DNA of 32,000 nucleotides, from NCBI RefSeq assembly GCF_000092105.1, contig NC_014148.1, positions 2,430,001 through 2,462,000 on the forward strand, read 5' to 3'. This DNA comes from Planctopirus limnophila DSM 3776 (GTDB taxonomy: Bacteria; Planctomycetota; Planctomycetia; Planctomycetales; Planctomycetaceae). Below are positions 28,229 through 32,000 of the stretch, in pieces. Both the position numbers and the translations under genes were made by a program. The stretch's first letter is position 1, and each line of letters begins with the position of its first letter. Below the pieces are notes generated by a model. It had not been told where the DNA came from. It worked only from the letters and a program-made list of their open reading frames with translations, and did no database searches.

Positions 28229-29227
28229 TCATGGCATCGAGATGGCTGAGTTCGCTAAGTCGAAGATTGGAACCTCGAAGACGATTTCTCTCAAATCAGA
28301 CGTCTGTTCGTGTCTGACCTGTACTTGCCAGTCGCAGTAGTCGTTGATGCGAGTGCGATGGGATAGACCATCTGATGCTAATAGAGGCTGCTTGCCAGAA
28401 GAGGGCAGTTTTTCTGGTATCAAGAACGAGACGGGCAAAACGGTTGCCGCCGATCCGAGTGAATTTCTTATGATGGTGAATAGGCAAACGTCTTCATAGA
28501 TCGTCTGAGTCTGTGATGATGACTGTCCATTCCCGCTCCGCTTCATGCCAGTGGCTATATCGAACAGATCTTCTCTCCGATCCGATGAAGAACGAGTACT
28601 TCGTGTCATTTGACATCGTAGTGCGATGCGCATGACCGTGCCGTCTGGAATCGATTCCGGAATTGAGACCACTCCTTCAAATCGTCCGCCAATCACGCCG
28701 GGGAGTGTCTCCAATTCGATGCTGGAGCAATTCCAACGGCGATTTACCCAAAGCAAGCGAACGAAGATCAGCAGGAAGAATCCGACAGCACCCAAGAATG
28801 AATAGACGAGAGTCGCATTCTTGACTGAGGCCAAGTAGATCCCCATCGGCGCGACGATAAGACCATAAAGTGCGGATGAAATGACTGTAACCAAGATTGC
28901 CTTGTGGTTTGACAAACGAATCAACTTCGCGGCCCAGTCCGACCGCCACATCCACGGCTGATCTGGATACTGCCTCATCCGCTGTCGAGTGACTTGCGAG
29001 GACCAGAGATGCCAGGACAACCCGATAAAGGTCAGCAACCCCATCAAGACCGGTCCGCAAACCAGCGCGATCAGCCGGGCAAGTTCTCCAGCATGCCACG
29101 GCTGCCCCTGAATTGCACTGGAGGCATACTTCAGCAGCGGCGTGACGAACCTCAACCCTATCAGGATACCGAGGACACAGACGCATTGTGCGAAGACGCA
29201 GATGGCGACTTCAATCAACCTCGGCAT
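28229..29227 (-). CDS. Polytopic membrane protein with C-terminal soluble beta-rich domain, unknown function
   Basis: 332 aa. About four predicted TM helices (VAICVFAQCVCVLGILIGL, LIALVCGPVLMGLLTFIGL, AILVTVISSALYGLIVAPMGIYL, LVYSFLGAVGFFLLIFVRLLWV) are followed by about 170 aa (LETLPGVIGGRFEGVVSIP...WQVQVRHE...FEVPIF). No family recognised. Confidence 0.6.
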   Translation of the reverse strand: MPRLIEVAICVFAQCVCVLGILIGLRFVTPLLKYASSAIQGQPWHAGELARLIALVCGPVLMGLLTFIGLSWHLWSSQVTRQRMRQYPDQPWMWRSDWAAKLIRLSNHKAILVTVISSALYGLIVAPMGIYLASVKNATLVYSFLGAVGFFLLIFVRLLWVNRRWNCSSIELETLPGVIGGRFEGVVSIPESIPDGTVMRIALRCQMTRSTRSSSDRREDLFDIATGMKRSGNGQSSSQTQTIYEDVCLFTIIRNSLGSAATVLPVSFLIPEKLPSSGKQPLLASDGLSHRTRINDYCDWQVQVRHEQTSDLREIVFEVPIFDLANSAISMP

Positions 29228-29389
29228 TTGTGACTCTCCATCAGATGAATCCTCGTGAAAAGTGATCCAGACGCTGGTACCTGACGAGTGTCTGCAACTT
29301 TCTTGAAAGTGGTTCCGGCATGATCCGAATCATTTCGCCTCCAGAAGAACCGAATTCGCGGACTCCTGTCAGAAAAAGTTCTACTCGTG

Positions 29390-29404
29390 TCCCCCCGCCT
29401 CCAT
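29390..29404 (+). repeat. Exact direct copy of the tmRNA 3'-terminal 15-mer (att-like)
   Basis: tccccccgcctccat is identical to 11631-11645. The flanking bases differ on both sides. Confidence 0.6.
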
Positions 29405-29817
29405 GTAAAGCCGGCCTGCGATTTGTCGCACGCTGGCTTTATTCATGGACTTACGATCATTTCGTGTACCACGACAGAATATCGGGTCGCTCGTCTTTCT
29501 AGTTTCCTGCACGAGTTCTTTTTGATTGCCGCCTTCCATTTTTCTGATCACCCTTAAAAATGGCGTTGTCAGAAACGAACATCGAACCTGTTTCGACAGA
29601 ATGGCGGATGCGGACGAAAAGCTTGCACGCCGACGCGAATGGCATCATCTGGGTGAACATCGGGCGTGGGATGTGCACGTGGCCGTCCAGTTTGGTACGA
29701 AGGTGGACTGTCTGTCGCCAGCCAGACTTGTCCCAGTTCGAACCCAACGCATTTCTTGACAGAAACACGACAATTGCCGCGACGCGGTTTCTGTGGAAGT
29801 TCTGAAAACGAGCACTG

Positions 29818-30900
29818 CTATTTTGCTCCGAGCCACTTGAACGGCTCGGCAGTCTTGAGCGATCCAGAGAGTTCGCCCGCAAGCGGTTGACCACGCACAA
29901 CCCGAACGACCTTCGGTTCCGCACCTTTCGTGAAATCGACCCTATTCATGTCGATCCAGGAAACCGAGGGAAACACGGCTGACTCAAAGTAGAAAACTCT
30001 CGCCTTGTGATCGGCCACAGTTCGCCACAGGGTCATCGCGATGTTGGGATTCTTCTCATCGGCGAGACCGAGTGGAACGCTGACCATCCTGATCTGCGAG
30101 AACACCGATGCAAGTGCCAGTTCTGGCTCCTTGAACTTCGGTGACAGTTTGAGATAGTGGGTTGTTCGCACGAAACGATCGGCGGCACTGATGGTGCCAG
30201 GCAGGAATTGACTCCCCCCGATTCGCTCCCAGTAAGTGTTCAATGCCAGTTGCTGATCGAACGTGGGAGAGTTCGTCATCACCCGGTACTGCGAGCCGTG
30301 GTGTATCACAAGCTTGCCATCGATGTATTCCAGGATTGCAGAGTCGCCAGTGGAATCAGAGAGCGAAAGGTGCAGGCCTGCTGCGTGACCATTGGGCAAG
30401 GCGGGAGCGATAATAGCAAAGGGAGGATCAACCATCGCAGCCACGGCCTCTTTCACTGTGGCAAAATTGTCGAGGAAATACTGAGCCCAGGCACCAGCGG
30501 TCAGGGTTGGCTTTCCCGATTTCGCAGCGTCACCCCACTCCGTTTCCTTCAGATATAGCAGGTTGGTGACGAGACCTTCCTCATTCATGCCGTCGGCCGT
30601 GCCTACATCGTAGAATGAGACTGCAATCAAACCGTACTTGGCGGTCCATTGGATGGGGTTAGCTCCCACCGTGCCATCACGCTTCATTCCCCTGGGGAAG
30701 ACCCACAGCGCGGTCTGAGCCGATGGATCCATCCAGTCCATGGACCGTCCTGTGATGTACGATTGATAGCCCGTCTCGTAAACAAGACGTGTACATGCAA
30801 ATGTGCTTGGTGGAGTGGCAAGCAACGTCGCGATGGCAAGACACAGGCAGACCTTGCTCCTGGAGGCGAAAAACCATCTCGAATTCTTAATCTGATTCAT
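29818..30900 (-). CDS. Choloylglycine hydrolase / linear amide C-N hydrolase family (Ntn hydrolase), secreted
   Basis: The signal peptide ends ...PPSTFA-C-TRLVY, exposing the N-terminal nucleophile Cys typical of the penicillin V acylase / bile salt hydrolase family. The ATG at 30900 (MNQIKNSRWFF) is preferred over the track start at 30942. Confidence 0.8.
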   Translation of the reverse strand: MNQIKNSRWFFASRSKVCLCLAIATLLATPPSTFACTRLVYETGYQSYITGRSMDWMDPSAQTALWVFPRGMKRDGTVGANPIQWTAKYGLIAVSFYDVGTADGMNEEGLVTNLLYLKETEWGDAAKSGKPTLTAGAWAQYFLDNFATVKEAVAAMVDPPFAIIAPALPNGHAAGLHLSLSDSTGDSAILEYIDGKLVIHHGSQYRVMTNSPTFDQQLALNTYWERIGGSQFLPGTISAADRFVRTTHYLKLSPKFKEPELALASVFSQIRMVSVPLGLADEKNPNIAMTLWRTVADHKARVFYFESAVFPSVSWIDMNRVDFTKGAEPKVVRVVRGQPLAGELSGSLKTAEPFKWLGAK

Positions 30901-30956
30901 TTTGACTCTCTGGTTCCGCGGGAGATACAGGGGAGTGCTCAAGTCAATGTGCGGTT

Positions 30957-32000
30957 CTATTCTGCGACGTAGATTGTCTTCCCATCTTTGATTGTCTCCA
31001 TCACCTTCAGGTCCGACAGGCTCAGGATGGGCACATTATGCGGATTTTTGTCCAGGATCACGAAGTCTGCCAGTTTGCCCACCTCAATTGACCCTCGGTT
31101 TGTCTCTTCGTAATGGTGATAGGCGGGCCAAATCGTGAGTGACTTTAATGCCGCCTCGACCGGAATGCATTGGCTGGCCCCGAGGATATCGCCGCTGCGG
31201 GTACGGCGGGTCACCACAGACGACAGAATACGGATCGCGTTAGGAAGTGCTACCGGGGCGTCATGGTGCTGAGAGAAAATCATATCTCGGCGAAGAGCCG
31301 AACGAGCCGGGCTGATCCGCTCAGCGCGCTCCGCTCCAAGCACCGAGTCCCGGTGCCAGTCGCCCCAGTAGAAGCAGTGCATGCCGAACATCGAGGGGAT
31401 CACGCCACACTCCTTCATCAAGTCGAGTTGATCCTCGCGAACCGTCTGGCAGTGGATCATCACGTCCCGGCGGTCGTTGCCGGGGCCGAACTTCGCGCGT
31501 GCGTCCTTGATCGCCCCCAGCATCATGTCGCCGGCGGCGTCACCGTTGCAATGGACGAGGAACTGCCAGCCCTTCTCGTAGCACAGGGCGATCTTGCGGT
31601 TCACGTCCTCGACGGGCATGGCGGGATAGCCGCGGAAACTGGCCGGTTGACCATGCGGCGGCATGAAATACGGCTGCGTCAAGAATGCGGTCTTACCCTG
31701 CGGTGAACCATCCAGACTGATTTTTACCCCAGCGATGCGATACCCGCCCTTCAGGTTTTTGGCATACCACGGGGTGTCCAGACCGAAGGGCTTTTCACTG
31801 AACGAAATGTCCGGGTAGCTGATCACGTCGATGAGCAACTTCCCCTTCTCGGCCAGTCGCATCCATGACTTATCAATCAGTTCGATGGATCGCCCCTCCT
31901 CGGCCATGGTGTACCCTTGGGCGGCGTACATCTTCATCCCGGCCTGAGCCAGGCCATCCAGTTCGGCCTCGCCCATCTTGGGCATCACCTTCATCAGCGC
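30957..32000 (-). CDS. Amidohydrolase family (Amidohydro_3 / YtcJ-like metal-dependent hydrolase), partial; N-terminus beyond the right window edge
   Basis: The frame stays open to position 32000. Motifs seen are LVHCNGDAAGDMML, IHCQTV, SQHHDAPV and the C-terminal GSIEVGKLADFVILDKNP. Confidence 0.85.
   Translation of the reverse strand, partial: ALMKVMPKMGEAELDGLAQAGMKMYAAQGYTMAEEGRSIELIDKSWMRLAEKGKLLIDVISYPDISFSEKPFGLDTPWYAKNLKGGYRIAGVKISLDGSPQGKTAFLTQPYFMPPHGQPASFRGYPAMPVEDVNRKIALCYEKGWQFLVHCNGDAAGDMMLGAIKDARAKFGPGNDRRDVMIHCQTVREDQLDLMKECGVIPSMFGMHCFYWGDWHRDSVLGAERAERISPARSALRRDMIFSQHHDAPVALPNAIRILSSVVTRRTRSGDILGASQCIPVEAALKSLTIWPAYHHYEETNRGSIEVGKLADFVILDKNPHNVPILSLSDLKVMETIKDGKTIYVAE

Larger units (their letters stand above)
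11631..29404. mobile_element. Candidate ssrA-associated genomic island delimited by 15-nt direct repeats (integrase not found)
   Basis: The exact 15-mer tccccccgcctccat occurs at 11631-11645 (the last 14 nt of the tmRNA plus the next base) and again at 29390-29404 on the same strand. The content between them is a lipoprotein gene, the kdp locus, the ECF/sulfatase cluster and a membrane protein. No recombinase gene was recognised, so this is only a hypothesis. Confidence 0.3.

Noticed and set aside
11646-29389. A GC-content shift as supporting evidence for the putative island
   Set aside because: Hand counts of a few 60-nt lines gave 55-60% inside and 47-57% outside. That is too noisy to claim a compositional boundary and needs a proper sliding-window calculation.
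29499-29924. A 141-aa minus-strand ORF downstream of and overlapping the Ntn hydrolase gene
   Set aside because: Its first roughly 35 codons overlap the hydrolase 3' end out of frame. There is no ATG or SD after the overlap, and no motif was recognised. It may be a decayed gene fragment, but it is not supportable as a CDS.

Overview
The window looks like a chromosomal segment from a Planctomycetota-like genome. That assignment is an inference from gene content: a Rhodopirellula/Verrucomicrobium-type ECF sigma factor, an SHD1 domain, several secreted sulfatases and PQQ-propeller proteins. I estimated roughly 55% GC by eye and did not compute it. All product calls come from motif recognition in the supplied translations, since no database search was possible.

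Gene order:
- Left part, mostly minus strand: a partial AAA+ ATPase that runs off the left edge and is absent from the ORF track, a secreted His/Trp-rich hypothetical, a Rieske [2Fe-2S] protein and an LpxL/HtrB-type lipid A acyltransferase.
- Next, mostly plus strand: a PQQ-like beta-propeller protein, a CCA-adding enzyme family protein, a Gfo/Idh/MocA oxidoreductase, a CelD-like GNAT (minus strand) and an aldehyde dehydrogenase.
- A tmRNA gene (ssrA, 11287-11644) with tag ANTGNYALAA and a strong intrinsic terminator.
- A lipoprotein gene, then a complete kdp locus: an extra 30-aa peptide, kdpF, kdpA, kdpB, kdpC, kdpD and kdpE.
- A tightly packed seven-gene cluster: ECF sigma, anti-sigma, a secreted unknown protein, sulfatase, an SHD1-YHYH-PEBP fusion protein and a second sulfatase.
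- An orphan polytopic membrane protein, a choloylglycine-hydrolase-family Ntn hydrolase and a partial amidohydrolase.

I saw no CRISPR array, rRNA, tRNA, transposase or integrase.

Most notable observations:
1. The last 15 nt of the tmRNA region recur exactly, in direct orientation, 17.8 kb downstream, with a second weaker remnant beside that copy. Together they bracket the kdp and ECF/sulfatase clusters like att sites of an ssrA-integrated island, but no integrase is visible.
2. The ECF sigma/anti-sigma pair is translationally coupled to secreted sulfatases and an unusual SHD1-YHYH-PEBP tri-domain protein.
3. Three tandem 17-bp repeats each restart with ATGTCA. They create two 4-codon mini-ORFs directly in front of the cca start.
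4. A second Shine-Dalgarno-equipped 30-aa hydrophobic ORF sits in front of kdpF.

None of these amounts to a demonstrated novel system. They are leads to check.
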